Shown here one piece after another: positions 39,022 to 51,500 of a stretch of 64,000 nt of DNA. The position numbers and the translations under genes were made by a program. Each line of letters begins with the position of its first letter. Position 1 is the stretch's first letter. Origin of the DNA: Malacoraja senta (lineage: Eukaryota); the NCBI GenBank assembly GCA_038087875.1, contig CM075996.1:6946001-7010000 (forward strand), read 5' to 3'. The notes under the pieces are model-generated. The model did not search any database and had not been told where the DNA came from. It worked only from the letters and a program-made list of their open reading frames with translations.

Positions 39022-40250
39022 TTACAGTGCCGAGGTGTCGTTACCGCTGCGTCGGGCGGCTCGATTTACCAGCTGTTGTAATTTGGTCATCCTCCTCCGC
39101 CTTTTAAATTTGCAATTAATACATAGCAAATACACCACAATTATCATCTGGCAGATGATCAGAACATGGGACACGATGCGGACCCATACTGGAACTACGA
39201 TCCAGGACTCCAGGTCCCACCAACTTGGAGACTTGATTTCTTCGATCTCCCTGGCGATATCCAGTGTCTTTTGTTCCAGGGAGAAGAAGTGTTTATGTGA
39301 CAACTCGACCGCCGCCAGCAACTCTTTTAATTTTTCCTTCACTGGGGGAATATCATACCCGAAATGGGCCACATAGTTAGATAAGTCCGTTACATTTTCT
39401 CGTACCGAGAGGTGAACCGAAGAAGGTTCTGGGATGGGTGATATTCGCTGCTGTGCCACATGGACTTCTGCCCTGGGTTTAAAACAGAAGCTGCTGTGTG
39501 GTATCGGGCACCACAGCTGTGATCCGTGCAGATACCGCTGGGCACTTGTGGTGACACAGTACGTCCCACTGCCTATATACGCCACCTGTGGAGGGACATG
39601 GTCTGCCGCCATCGCCTCCATGGTACAGTTTATAGGCTGTGCCCCAACAGTCCTGAACCCACACTGAGGCCTAGCCTCGGCGCCCATGAGCCCCCGGCTC
39701 CGACAACCCAAAAGGTCAATGCCTGTCACAGCTTGCTCCCTCACTATGACATAAGGCGGGACCTTCCCGTAGCGAATATGTAACCCCCCCCCACGAACAA
39801 CTCCCACATTCTCCACTCGGTACAGAGGAGCTGGTCGTGCCGAGGTTCCCATCACCGGGATTCTTACGACCACTCCCATTGTGCTGTGATTGGTACCGGG
39901 TAGGCCTCGGAGGCCACACGAAGCTGACAAGGACTCAAAGTGCTGTTATAAGGGTGTAGCGTTGCTAGGTGCTGGTTGCTTATCCAGGAGGGGACCCGAC
40001 CTTGCCTCAGGTCTTCCAGGTTGCTCCTCCCCTCCCCCAACAACCACGCACCATACAGCCCACACACCTCATTCTGTGCAGCCTGATAGGACGCATTCCG
40101 GTCCTCTTTAATCAAAGCGTTTATCATTTTTGCAAGTGTCTCCAATTGTGCTATGATTTCATTTAGATGTAGAGTCATTGCCACCTCTTCCTGCAGCCCC
40201 GATCCTACCACCACATTTTCCTCCCCCAGAACCTCGTTGCCATCATCCAT
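39022..40250 (-). pseudogene. env: ERV env-like fusion glycoprotein pseudogene (N-terminus deleted, one frameshift near 39900)
   Basis: Heptad repeat (LHLNEIIAQLETLAKMINAL), Cys-rich beta region, second heptad repeat, Trp-rich membrane-proximal segment, TM (VLIICQMIIVVYLLCI) and basic tail. Located between IN and the 3' LTR. Confidence 0.8.
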
Positions 40251-40588
40251 ACGGCGGGGCTACCTATCTGGGAAACAAAGCAAAACACCTCCTTGCCTCC
40301 ACATCGCTATCCGCCTCCCTGCAGTCCATCACACCCATGGAAGAGTGGCCATCCAGCTGACGGTAGCGGCTACCGTCCTAATAATGGCATTCGGGGTTTT
40401 GTCTTTTTCTGTTGTGGTCTACTTTTCCACAGCCCATCCCTTCGATGCAGCCGACGTTCCCGTACTGTCCGTCCCTGTACTCCCCTGTATCGATACAAAA
40501 CCCTATATCTTATTACTAAACGCTAACTACATCTACTTACACACAAACCAATGCTATATACAACGCCACCCGTCTCCGGGTGGCCAAC

Positions 40589-43500
40589 TCATAACTGGTC
40601 CCCGTCATGCTGGGGCCACCCCTCTGGTGGGCCCACCCGTGCAGGCCAGAACTCCTCCTGTCGAGGGGCCTGACTGCCCCTCACCTCCCTTTGCACTACA
40701 GGGTTTCGAGATACCCCTACGTTCCCTGCGGAGACTGGGCTCCCTCCAGCCGCACTCCGTAGTGCCCCTGTTTCGGCCACTTCCTTCCCGGCCCTCCTGT
40801 GGCTGGCCCTAGCCCTAGGTTTAATTAGGGATGGGGACCACCTTACTGGGGGTTTAGTGACCCTGTTACTCCTACGTCTGACTGGGGGTTCCCACACCAG
40901 AGGTGATACCTCCATCTCCTCTGCTTCTGCTAGTTCTGCCTCTCTTAGGCAGTCTATGGTACCTGCCTGCGGAGGGCTGGAATCAGCATCCCTTCCCCGC
41001 TGCTTCCAGTCCTCGCCCTGGGACACAGCAGGCTACTTCAGGCTGACTACCTGTGGGCTCGCCTGGTTCCCCTACGGTTTCCACATCAACCCGGGTCTTT
41101 TCTTGATCCTGTTCCCTGACATGTACCCCTTTCTTACTTTTACCTGCCCTTGTGGGGTCGAACAATTTACACTGGTTGATGTGGAACCATTTGACTCTAC
41201 GGGGAAGCTGAATGGCATACACCATGGGACTGGCCTTGTCCACTATGTTGTATGGGCCAGCATACAAGGGTTCGAACACCCCTACCCTAGCATATCTCCT
41301 GACCATTACCTGGTCCCCCACTGCCCACTCGCAATGCATGCGAGGCTCCAGCAGTAGCTTGTTTCTTTGGTGCTGGGCCCCCATGTTTCTGGCTGCCTGC
41401 CAGTGAACCTGCCTAAGTTGTTAAAATAGCCTCTTGGCGAACTTGTCCTGGTTCACTTCCCTGAGCTGTCGCTCTGTTAAGGCTGGGACCATAACGTGCA
41501 TGGGCGTTCTCATGACCCGGCCCGTCATAAGCTCATGGGGAGAGTACCCCGTACTCCTGGACTGGCTGGCCCGAATCCCCATAAGGACCAGGGGTAAAAC
41601 CTCCACCCACAGGTTGGGTGAGTCCCCTGTTTCCTTCCTTATCCTTTCCTTTATTGTCCAGTTCAACCGCTCTACCGGACCTGAGGACTGGGGGTGGTAG
41701 GCCACATGCCACTTGGCCTTGATGCCCAGTATTCTAAGGGTGGACTGCATGACCTGTCCCGTGAAATGGCTCCCCTGATCTGACTCCACGAACTGTGGGA
41801 GTCCCCACCTGGTGAACACCTCCCTAACCAGGATTTTTGCCGTACCCATAGCGGTGGCTGCTCTGCAAGGGAAGGCCTCTACCAATTTTGAGAACACATC
41901 CACAAGGACTAAGCAGTACTTGTAACTCCCTTGAGCGGTTGCAAGGGGTCCGATGTAGTCGATTTGAATCGACTGCCATGGCCCCTCCACCCTCCTGAAG
42001 TGTCCCATAGAAACCTTCCTTTTCTGGGGGTCTGGGTTGTTTGCTGCGCAAACCAGACAGCTTGCGCAAAAGTCGCGAACGTCTCCCCTGAGCCGTGGCC
42101 ACCATCCTGCCATCTCTACTCGCTGCCATGTGGTCTCTGGCTCGGGGTGACCTGCCCCTGGACCCTCATGGGCTAGTTTAAAAATTCCCTTCTGTACAGG
42201 GAAGGCACTACCCACTTATCTCCCATGAATAACATGCCTTCCTTTACTGACATGTCTTTACCCCCATAAGGTCCCTCTATCTTCTCCTGCCTGCAAATGG
42301 CTGCTGAGGCAGCCTTTAAAATGGGGTCTTGTGCCTGGACCGTGGTCAGGTCCGGGGCCAAAACCACTCCCGCACTCCCCTTTTCTCGAGGCTGCTCCCT
42401 GGCTGCAGCTACCTGTCCTTCCTCATAGGGGTCCCATGCTTTCCCACTCCTGGCTCCTTCTCTGGCCAAGCGATCCGCCCTCTGATTTCCCTCTCCTCGT
42501 GGCTCCGTTTTGGAATGGGCCTTCACCTTATGGATATATCTATCCCCGCCCTTCCCTCCGGCTGTTACAATCCTCTCTAATAGGGGTTTAGTGGTCAGGG
42601 GCTTCCCGTCTGATGAGGTGTACCCTCGGCGGGACCAGATGGCCAGATATTCCATGCAGGAATTGCATGTGAACATGCTGTCCGAACATATGGTGTATGG
42701 AGGGGGGAAACGCTCGGGATGGGTGACCACGTACATTACTGCCGCCAGCTCGACCTGCTGGGCGCTTAACGTATGTGGGAGTTTAAGGGCTAGGGCTATC
42801 CGCCTCGGGGTCCCAGATCCCACAGCCCGTGAGCTTTATGCCCTCGGAAACGATACTGGACCCGTCCACGTATATTTCCCTACCCGTGGGATGTAACCCT
42901 GCTCTAAGCCCAAAGTCCACCTCCCATACCCCTTCCACCGAGCAACGGTGTTGCTCCCCTGGATACACCAAATTGGCTGCGAGCTTGGGCTCACCTAGCC
43001 TCTCAACCCGTAAGGCCATTTGGGAAAGGAGAAGGGTCCAGCAAGTGATCCTCGCACTGCTAACGGTCCCATCCTTAATCCGACCGTCCAGCAGCATCTG
43101 GGTTGGGGTATGGTGGGTCAGGAGGGTGATGGGGGACATTCTTATGAAGACCTGTACCCTCTTCACTGCCCAGTATGTGGCTAGCAGGTGCCGCTCACAG
43201 TTTGAATAGGACCTTTCTTTTTTTTTTTTTTTTTAATAATTTTTTTAATAGAAGTACGGTAGATTACAGTAATGTACAACACGTATATATTAATACATTT
43301 TTTGTACCGCTTCACTTTTTTAAACTTTAAGAAAGAAAAAGAAAGAAGTAAGAAAAGTGAAGAAAGTGCGCAAAGGTTGTGAAGTGCAAAAGAGTGTTGG
43401 GAAAAGAAAGCCCCTTAGAAAAGAAGTTAGAGAAGGAAGTAAAGTTAGAAAATAGACCCTAGAAAAGAAAGAGAAAGAAAGAAGGAACAATCGCTCTATT

Positions 43501-46380
43501 ATAACTCTTATAACATACTTCATAGAGAAGGAACTACCAACCAAGTCTGTTTTTGTTTTACCTCCCATTACCAGGTCCAGATACCTTTTATTTATTTATT
43601 TGTTTTTCTAAATTACTATTGCACCTCATGCTTGTAATAGGTCCAAAAACGTAGACCACGTCTTTTGAAATTGGTCTACTTTGCCTACTAGGAGGAATCT
43701 CATCTCTTCCAGATGTAATGTTTCCAACATATTTGATGTCCACATTTTTATTGTTGGTGTGGGCGCATTTTTCCAGAATTTAAGTATAAGCTTTTTTCCC
43801 ATTATTAGCCCATAATTGAGTAAATTCTTCTGATACACGTTTAATTCAGGAATACCTTCCGATATTCCAAAAATAATCCATTCTGGTTTTGGTACCAGTT
43901 TTATTTTGATTAATTTTGAAAAAATATCAAATATTTCAAACCAGAATTTTTGGATTTTTGTACAAAAAACAAAAGAATGTGCTATGGTAGCTTCTTGACA
44001 TATACATTTATCACAGATTGGTGAGACGTTAGGAAAGATTTTATTTAGTTTGGTTTTTGAATAATATAATCTATGTAATGTTTTAAATTGGATAAGCGTA
44101 TGTCGTACGTTGATCGAACATTTATGCACCTGTAATAAATGATTATCCCAACTCTCTTTTGAAATTTTTATACCTAAATCTTGTTCCCAATCTCTTCTAA
44201 TTCCATCTGTTGTGGGTATTTCTATGTTTAAGATGATATTATATAAGTATGATATTAAATTAACTGATTCCGCCTTTGTCTTCATTGCTTCATCTAGTAA
44301 GTCGGAAGGCATATTATAATAATCTTTTGTGTGTGTTTTCAAATAGTCACAGATTTGTAGATATTTAAAATATTGATTATTTTTCAAATTATATTTCAGT
44401 TGTAGTTGTTGAAATGATAGTAATTTTTCTAATTCATACAGATCTTCGAGCGTTTTGATTCCCATTCTTTCCCATTGTATAAATGATTTATCTATAATTG
44501 AAGGTTTAAACGATGGGTTATTGACTATTGGTATTAAGAGAGATAGGTTTCTTAATTTTAGATTCTGTTTTATTTGCTTCCATGTTCTAATAGTGCTATA
44601 TATAATTGGATTTTTATTATAATTTTTATTATTCAAATTTATTGGAGAGAGAATAATCGCTCCTATATTATTCGGGGAGCAATCCCCTTTTTCCATTATA
44701 ATCCAGTCCACCTGCTGGGCAGAATTGTCCAGCAGGTGAATCATATTTTTAATATTTACTGCCCAGTTATAATACATAAAGTTAGGGAGCGCTAGACCCC
44801 CCAACTCTTTTCGTTTGTTAAGGTGTGTTCTTTGTATTCTGTGGGATTTGTAATCCCATATAAAATTTGTAATGTCTGAGTCCAGTTTTTTGAAAAACTT
44901 TTTTGGGAGATATATAGGTATTGATTGAAATAGGTAAAGGATTTGTGGTAAGAAAATCATTTTTATAGCATTTATCCTACCTATTAAGGACATCGGAAGT
45001 GTTTTCCAAAATTTAATCAAATTATTTAATTTCTTAAGTAAGGGATTATAATTAGCTTTAAACATATCATGGTAATTTCTAGTAATCTCAATTCCTAAAT
45101 ATTTGAATTTTTCCATAGCTATTTTAAAAGGGAATTTCCTGAGATGTGTTGAGTCTTTTGGTTTAATCGACATAATTTCACTTTTGTTCCAATTTATTCT
45201 ATATCCTGAAAAGGATCCAAAGTCCTCAATTAAGTTTAATATATTTGGTATACTAATTTGTGGTTTTGTGATGTACTGAATAGGACCTTTCTACCTCTGT
45301 GAGGACTCTGGAGGAATACACCACTGGCCTTAACTAGCCGTGCCGTTCCTGGAGGAGCACTGCGCCCAGGCCGTCGCTGCCTGCGGCTACCTCCAGGAAA
45401 AATTCCTGCCTGTAGTCGATGGCTCCCAGAGCTGGGGCCGTTTGCAGGTCCCGCTTCAAATGGACGAATGCCGACTCGCACTGCTCATCCCACTCCCACT
45501 CTACCCCTTTGCGTAGCAGCTGGAGCAGAGGTGCTGCAGTCGCGGCATAGTCCTCTATAAAGTCTCGGCAATAGCCCGTGACTCCCAGAAATGACCTTAC
45601 CCCCCCACGTCCGCTGGGATTGGGAGTTCCTGCACTGCCTGCCTTCTTGCTGTATCGATACCCCTTTCTCCGGCCCTAAGGGTCAGTCCCAAGAACTTTA
45701 CCTCTTGTAACCCTATCTGTGCCTTCTTGGGATTTACTTTTAAACCACTCTTACAGAGCAGCTCCAGCAGTTCGTTTACTAGGGGCCCATGTTCCTCACT
45801 GGTGTCCGTGAATAGCAAAATATCATCCACATACTGGACGACCTTGTGGGGCTTACTGAATTCCTTTAAACATTCCGCCATACATTGGTGGAAAATGCTG
45901 GGGCTATTGTGGAACCCTTGGGGAAGACAGTTCCACGTGTACTGCTGCCCCTTGAATGTGAAATCAAATTTGTACTGGTCTTCCTTCCTGACCGGGATAG
46001 ACCAGAAACCGTTCGAGATGTCTAGCACCGTAAATACAGATGCAGACGCCGGAATTTCCCCTAATAGGTCTGCTACGGCTGCCACAGTTGGTGCGCAAGC
46101 CGGAATGTTCTTATTCAGGACCCTATAATCTACCGTGGCCCTCCATGAATTGTCTGGCTTCCGTACGGGCCAGAGCGGTGAGTTCACGTGGGTGGTTATG
46201 GGCCTCAAAACACCTTGCTTAACCAGTGAACTCAGGGCGACTTCTAAGTCAGCCTCCGCTTCTCGGGGAAAACTATACTGTTTCTGCGGTCGGGACATGG
46301 GATCCCCGTCTATCCTGACCTCTGTTCCTGTGACCCTTCCACAGTCGTGCTTGTGAGTAGCAAATGCCGCAAGCTCGGTG
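40589..46380 (-). pseudogene. pol: ERV pol pseudogene (protease missing, frameshifts, L1 insertion)
   Basis: ORFs 45597-46298, 42783-43166, 42173-42823, 41421-42215, 40983-41384 and 40589-41026 occur in retroviral order. Confidence 0.9.
43219..45276 (-). mobile_element. 5'-truncated L1-clade LINE inserted in ERV pol
   Basis: ORF2 C-terminal half (43626-45173, CDKC...H...C), poly(A) tail, 16-bp TSD tgaataggacctttct at 43203-43218 and 45277-45292. Confidence 0.93.
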
Positions 46381-47626
46381 CTGGGACCCGTTATTTAAAT
46401 ATAAATTAACGATTTAGACGAGGGAATTAAATGTGACATCTTCAAGTTTGTGAATGTCATATTGTCACTTGCGGGCGGAGATGCTTGGCCAATAAACCTT
46501 TTCATTCATTCATTCATTCATTCACGAACATAACATTAGCTTCACAATGTGGGGAAAGTGTGGGGACGTGTACTTTTAGACAGACTATTATCCAGATGTA
46601 GACAAACATCAAATGGTGGAGTAGAGAGGGATCTATTTGTTCTCGTGCATCAATTACAATACAATCAGCAGGCAGGTACAGCAAGGACTGGAGACGTGGA
46701 ATATGGAGATATTGTTGCAACAGTACAGGGTGTTGGTCGGTCGGTCTGTACCCGGAGTGCTGGGCATAGGTTTAGTGGCCTCCCTTCATTTAAGGACAGA
46801 TGTGCCAGTGTTGGAGGCGGTCCAGAAGAGGGTCACGAGGCCACCTCCGGGGATGAGAGGGCTGACCCCCAGACAAACAAAGTCAGAAACCGGATCCGTG
46901 TTCCTTGGAGCTCAGGAGGTTGAGGTATGAACACAATGAAACTGTTGAGATGTTTTCATAACTGGCAGAGTCTCAAGAAAGGGTTAGCTCAGTTAAATCT
47001 GAGATGTGTAGGGGTTGAGGGCGGCACGGTGGCGCAGTGGAAGAGTTGCTGCCTTATGGCGCCAGGTTCTCGGCTGTCACTAAATGGGCTCCGTGACATC
47101 TTTCACTGATGGACCATTATAGCCGGGTGTCATGGATCTTGATGGAAATGTGGAGAAATGAAGTCCAACTCAGGGCAAGCCCAAGATAGGGGTGGCACGG
47201 TGACGCAGTGGCAGAGTTACTGCCGCACAGTGCCATAGACCCGGTCCTGACTACGGGTGCTGTCTGTACGGAGTTTGTACGCGACCTGTGTGGGTTTTCC
47301 CCGGGTGCTCCGGTTTCCTCCCACACTCCTAAAGATGTACAGATTTGTAGGTTAGGCTTCGGTCAACGTGTGTAGGATGGTATTAGTGTACGGGGTAATC
47401 GCTGGTCTGCGCAGGCTCGTTGGGCCAAAGGGCCTGTACGCTTCCACGCTGTATCTCTAAAGTCTAAAGTCACCTCTCCATTTTCTCCACAGAGATGCTG
47501 CCTGACCCGCTGATTACTCCAGCACTCTGTGTCTATCAAGGTAGGTGAACATTGTCAGATGGAATGAAAGTGTCTCACCAAGTGAGGAACGGAATCAGAC
47601 AAGATGAATCATGAAGGGAATATGTT

Positions 47627-47632
47627 TTTATT
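47627..47632 (-). terminator. Polyadenylation signal, galectin B
   Basis: AATAAA ~0.8 kb past the stop, at a position conserved in A and C. Confidence 0.65.
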
Positions 47633-48405
47633 GCATTACAAGCGCAAAGCGAGTTATTCTTGAGTTTGCCAACTCGGCGACACATCCCATCACCAATTGT
47701 TCAACACAGACGTGCATTTACAAAGTGTCATTTGAGTCGGAAAATAAACCTTTGCAATAGCATTGAATAAATGGTCAAACTGGGAGAAGAGGGAGACTGG
47801 GTGTATCAGTGAGGTCCATGACGACTAGAAATGGGCCAAATGTGGTCTCTGCTCTCTACACAACACCTCGTGAGAGGGGGGGGTGGGGAGGCGATCTGTT
47901 CTACAATCCCTGTAGGAACAACACCCCCCGCCCCCCCAATCCCCGACAATGCCATTCCATCCAACAAGCCAACGGATTCCAACTTATTCAAGTTAAGACC
48001 TTCAGGAAAAACAAATGATTCCTGGTGAAACCATCTTGCACAGTGCAATGACCAGTCAGCGGAAGGACTAAGTAGTTTAGTGAGCAAGGCTGATGTGGAG
48101 GGAATAGTTAGTCTACGGGCTGCACCATAGCCCCTCACTGAATGGAGTGATTCCCTGCCCCCTGTAGATGCCCAGTCTGCCCTCTTCTCCCCAGGGCTGG
48201 AATAGCGACAGTAAAGATGGAAACAGCTCGACGCCCATCTGAAGGGCAAGCAAAGAGTTTCAATAGCTCGGACAAAGCATTCAGCGGTGAGCCCCCTTCT
48301 GACATCCCCTTACGCTTACTTGCTCCAGTTCCCCCGCACCCAATTCCTGGAAGAAAAACCACTCTCCCCTCAAAATATTTTAAAAGACCCCCCAAAAGTG
48401 TTCGT

Positions 48406-48570
48406 TTATTCGAAGGACCCTGAATTGTTCCATTTCATGCTCTTCAGCTGAAAATCCCCATTGATCCAACATTCTTTCATCATATCCAAGCCACTGCGGT
48501 TTGGAAACATCAGTGTGGTTTCATCAGATATGACGATCTCAAAGTTGTCTTGGGTGAACGTAATGTGGAC
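48406..48570 (-). CDS. Galectin B exon 4 coding part (54 aa + TAA)
   Basis: attgctttgacag|GTCCAC...; encodes FPNRSG...INGDFQLKS. Confidence 0.93.
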   Translation of the reverse strand, partial: VHITFTQDNFEIVISDETTLMFPNRSGLDMMKECWINGDFQLKSMKWNNSGSFE

Positions 48571-51500
48571 CTGTCAAAGCAATAAACGGGAAACAAAAGG
48601 TCAGGAATTTGACAGAATTCACAAGAGTGGATGTAGATCCAACGCAAGGTAGAGTGATCTTATAGAGGTGTACGAGAACCAGTTTGAAGTGTAATGTCAA
48701 AGTTAGACTGAAGAAGGGTCTCGACCCGAAACGTTGCCTATTCCTTTTCTCCAGAGATGCTGCCTTACCCGTTGAGTTACTCCAGCTGTTTGTGTCTATC
48801 CCCAATACACCGACACATAGATACAACCAGTTCATAGACACAAAATGCTGGAGGAACTCAGCGGGACGGGCAGCATCTCTGGAGGGAAGGAATGGGTGAC
48901 GTATCAGGTCGAGACCCTTCCTCAGACTGAGAGTCAGGGGAAAGGGGAATGAGAGATATAGACGGTGATGTAGAGAGATGTAGAACAAATGAATGAGAGA
49001 TATGCAAAAAAGTAAGGATGATAAAGGAAACAGGTCATTGTTAGCTGTGGCTAGGTGGGAACGAAAGACATGGGTGGGTGAGGGATGGAGAGAGAGGGAA
49101 TGCCGGGGTTATTTGAACTTGGATAACTCAATATCCATACCCCTGAGCTGTATGCTGCCCAAAGCGAAATATGAGATGCTGCCCCTCCAATTTGTGTTGT
49201 CAGTGGGCTAAACGCAAATTGGAGAAACAACATCTCCATAACTAAATCTAAGTCACACTCTCTCACCTTGAAATCGGTGTTATTTTGTAGGGTGCTTTTC
49301 TCAACCTGCTCCCCCCTCCACCTGTGGTTGACCGTGTTATTCAAGATAATCCTAGTTTCATTCGCAGTAAACCGTGGGGTAAAATGCAGTCCAAGGTTCG
49401 CAAGGTCCTTTCCTAGATCAATTGAAAATCTGAAACAAAGGATGAAACAAAGAAATAGACATGAGGAACTACACAGCGCCAGAGACCCGGGTTCGATCCT
49501 GACTACGGGTGCTGTCCGTATGGGGTTTTGCACGTTCTCCCCGTGACCTGCGTGGGTTTTCTCCGGGTGCTCCGGTTTCCTCCCACACTCCAAAGACGTG
49601 CGGGATTGCAGGTTAATTGGCTTTGGTAAAAATTGTAAATTGTCCCTAGTATGTGTTGGATAGTGTTAGTGTGCGGGGATTGCTGGTCGGCACGGACTCG
49701 GTGGGCCGAAGGGCCTGTTTCCACGCTGTATCTCTAAAGTCTAAAGTGCTGGATTAACTCAGCAGGTCAGGTAACATCTCAGGACGACATAAATAGATGG
49801 AATTTCAGGTCAGGACCTTTCTTCAGGATGATTGTGGTGGTGGGGGGGGGGGGGGCAGAGGGGAAATGTGGAAGAGATAAAAATAGAAACAAGGAGATCT
49901 TTTTCTCTCTCAAAGAGATACTCAACAACATTGCGATAAAGTCCTGGAAACGTACTGCACCGAAACAGGCCCTTCGGCCCAGCGAGTCCATGCTGACCAT
50001 CAAGTACGTGTTAATCCTGCACTAATTCCATTTTATTCTGCAGAAACAACAAACTGCAGATGCTGGTTTAAACTGTAGACACAAAGTGCTGGAGTAAAGC
50101 AGCGGGTCAGGCGGCATCTCTGTAAAAAAAATATGGGTGACGTTTCGAGTCGGGACCCTCCTTCAGACTGAAGGTTGGGGGGGGGGGGGCGGGGTTGAAG
50201 GCGAGGAAAGACCAGGACAGAGCAGGGCCAGTAACACATTACCTTATGTGTTGGAAGGAACTGCAGGTGCTGGTTTAATCCGCAGATGGACACAAAAAGG
50301 CTGGAGTAACTCAGCGGGACAGTCAGCATCTCTGGAGAGAAATGTCACCCCTGCCTACTATCCAGAGATGTCGCCTGCCCCGCTGAGTTACTCCAGCACA
50401 TAGTGTCTAACACATTATCTCAGGCAGCATGGCCCATTGTTGGCCAGGGAAGGTGTCTCCTCAAGAGGGCAACAATGTGGTGAACTGTGATTCAGAAGTT
50501 GTAGGAGCAGAATTAGGCCATTCGGCCCATCAAGTCTACTCCGCCATTCAATCATGGCTAATCTATCTCTCCCTCCTAACCCCATTCTCCTGCCTTCTCC
50601 CCGTATCCCCTGACACCCGTAATAATCAAGAATCTCTATCTAGTTCCGCCGTAAAAATATCCATTGACTTGGCCTCCTCACCCTTCTGTGGCAAGGAATT
50701 CCACAGATTCACCACCCTCTGACTGAAGAAATTCCTCCTCGTCTACTTCCTAAAGGAACGTCCTTTCATTCTGAGGCTGTGCCCTCTGGTCATAGACTCT
50801 CCCACTAGTGGAAACATCCTCTAGTGGCCATATGGTGGCCCCATTCTCCTGCCTTCTCCCCATAACTCTTGGCACCCGTACTAATCAAGAAACTGTCGAT
50901 ATCAGCCGTAAAAATATCCAATGAATTCACAGCCGTCTGTGGCAATGAATTCCATAGATTCACCACCCTTTGACTAAAGAAATGTCTCCTCATTTCCTTT
51001 CTAAAGGAACATCCTTTTATTCTGAGGCTGTGACCTCTGGTCCCAGACTCTCCCACTAGTGGAAACATCCTCTCCACATCCAAGTCAAGTCAAGTCAAGT
51101 CACATTTATTTATATAGCACATTTAAAAAACAACTCTCGTTGGCCAAAGTGCTTTACATTTGTTATAAGAATAGTATAAACAAACAAACTACATACATAT
51201 ATACATATAGCCCTCACTCAGAGGACGTCAAGAAAGGCTTGGGAGTATAGATACGTTTTTAGTCTTGACTTAAAGGAGTCGATGGAGGGGGCAGTTCTGA
51301 TGGGAAGGGGGATGCTGTTCCACAGTCTAGGGGCTGCAACCGCAAAGGCGCGGTCGCCCCTGAGCTTATGCCTAGACCACGGGATATTCAGCAACCCCAA
51401 GTCGGCCGATCTGAGGGACCTGGAGGTGGAGTGGTGGGTGAGAAGACTTTTAATGTAGGTGGGGGCAAGCCCATTGAGGGCTTTGTAGACATGGAGGAGG

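Larger units (their letters stand above)
37711..46380 (-). mobile_element. Endogenous retrovirus (lokiretrovirus-like), 3' half: RT-RH-RH-IN-env-3'LTR, interrupted by an L1
   Basis: RT (LPQGFHNSP, YVDD), tether-like RNase H, second RNase H (YVDGS, SAQQVEL, SDS, KVKAH, GNQRAD), IN (H-H-C-C, IDYIGP, SDQGSHF, ERLN, GPY), env-like ORFs, LTR. Confidence 0.92.

Noticed and set aside
32709..46380. Single provirus with an internal inversion
   Set aside because: Outer flanks show no TSD, the interrupted Penelope does not resume and the LTRs differ by a large indel; two insertions fit better, though this is not proven.
47806..48395. 147-aa and 86-aa ORFs conserved at 62173-62762
   Set aside because: They lie in the galectin 3'UTR and are conserved only because the duplication is recent.
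48406..49429. Five N-glycosylation sequons in galectin B/C suggesting classical secretion
   Set aside because: Exon 1 encodes only MPN with no signal peptide. Galectins use non-classical export, so the sequons are likely unused.
49051..49593. 180-aa ORF as a standalone protein
   Set aside because: It is read-through from an antisense SINE across galectin exon 3 into a Penelope fragment; only 49267-49429 is exonic.
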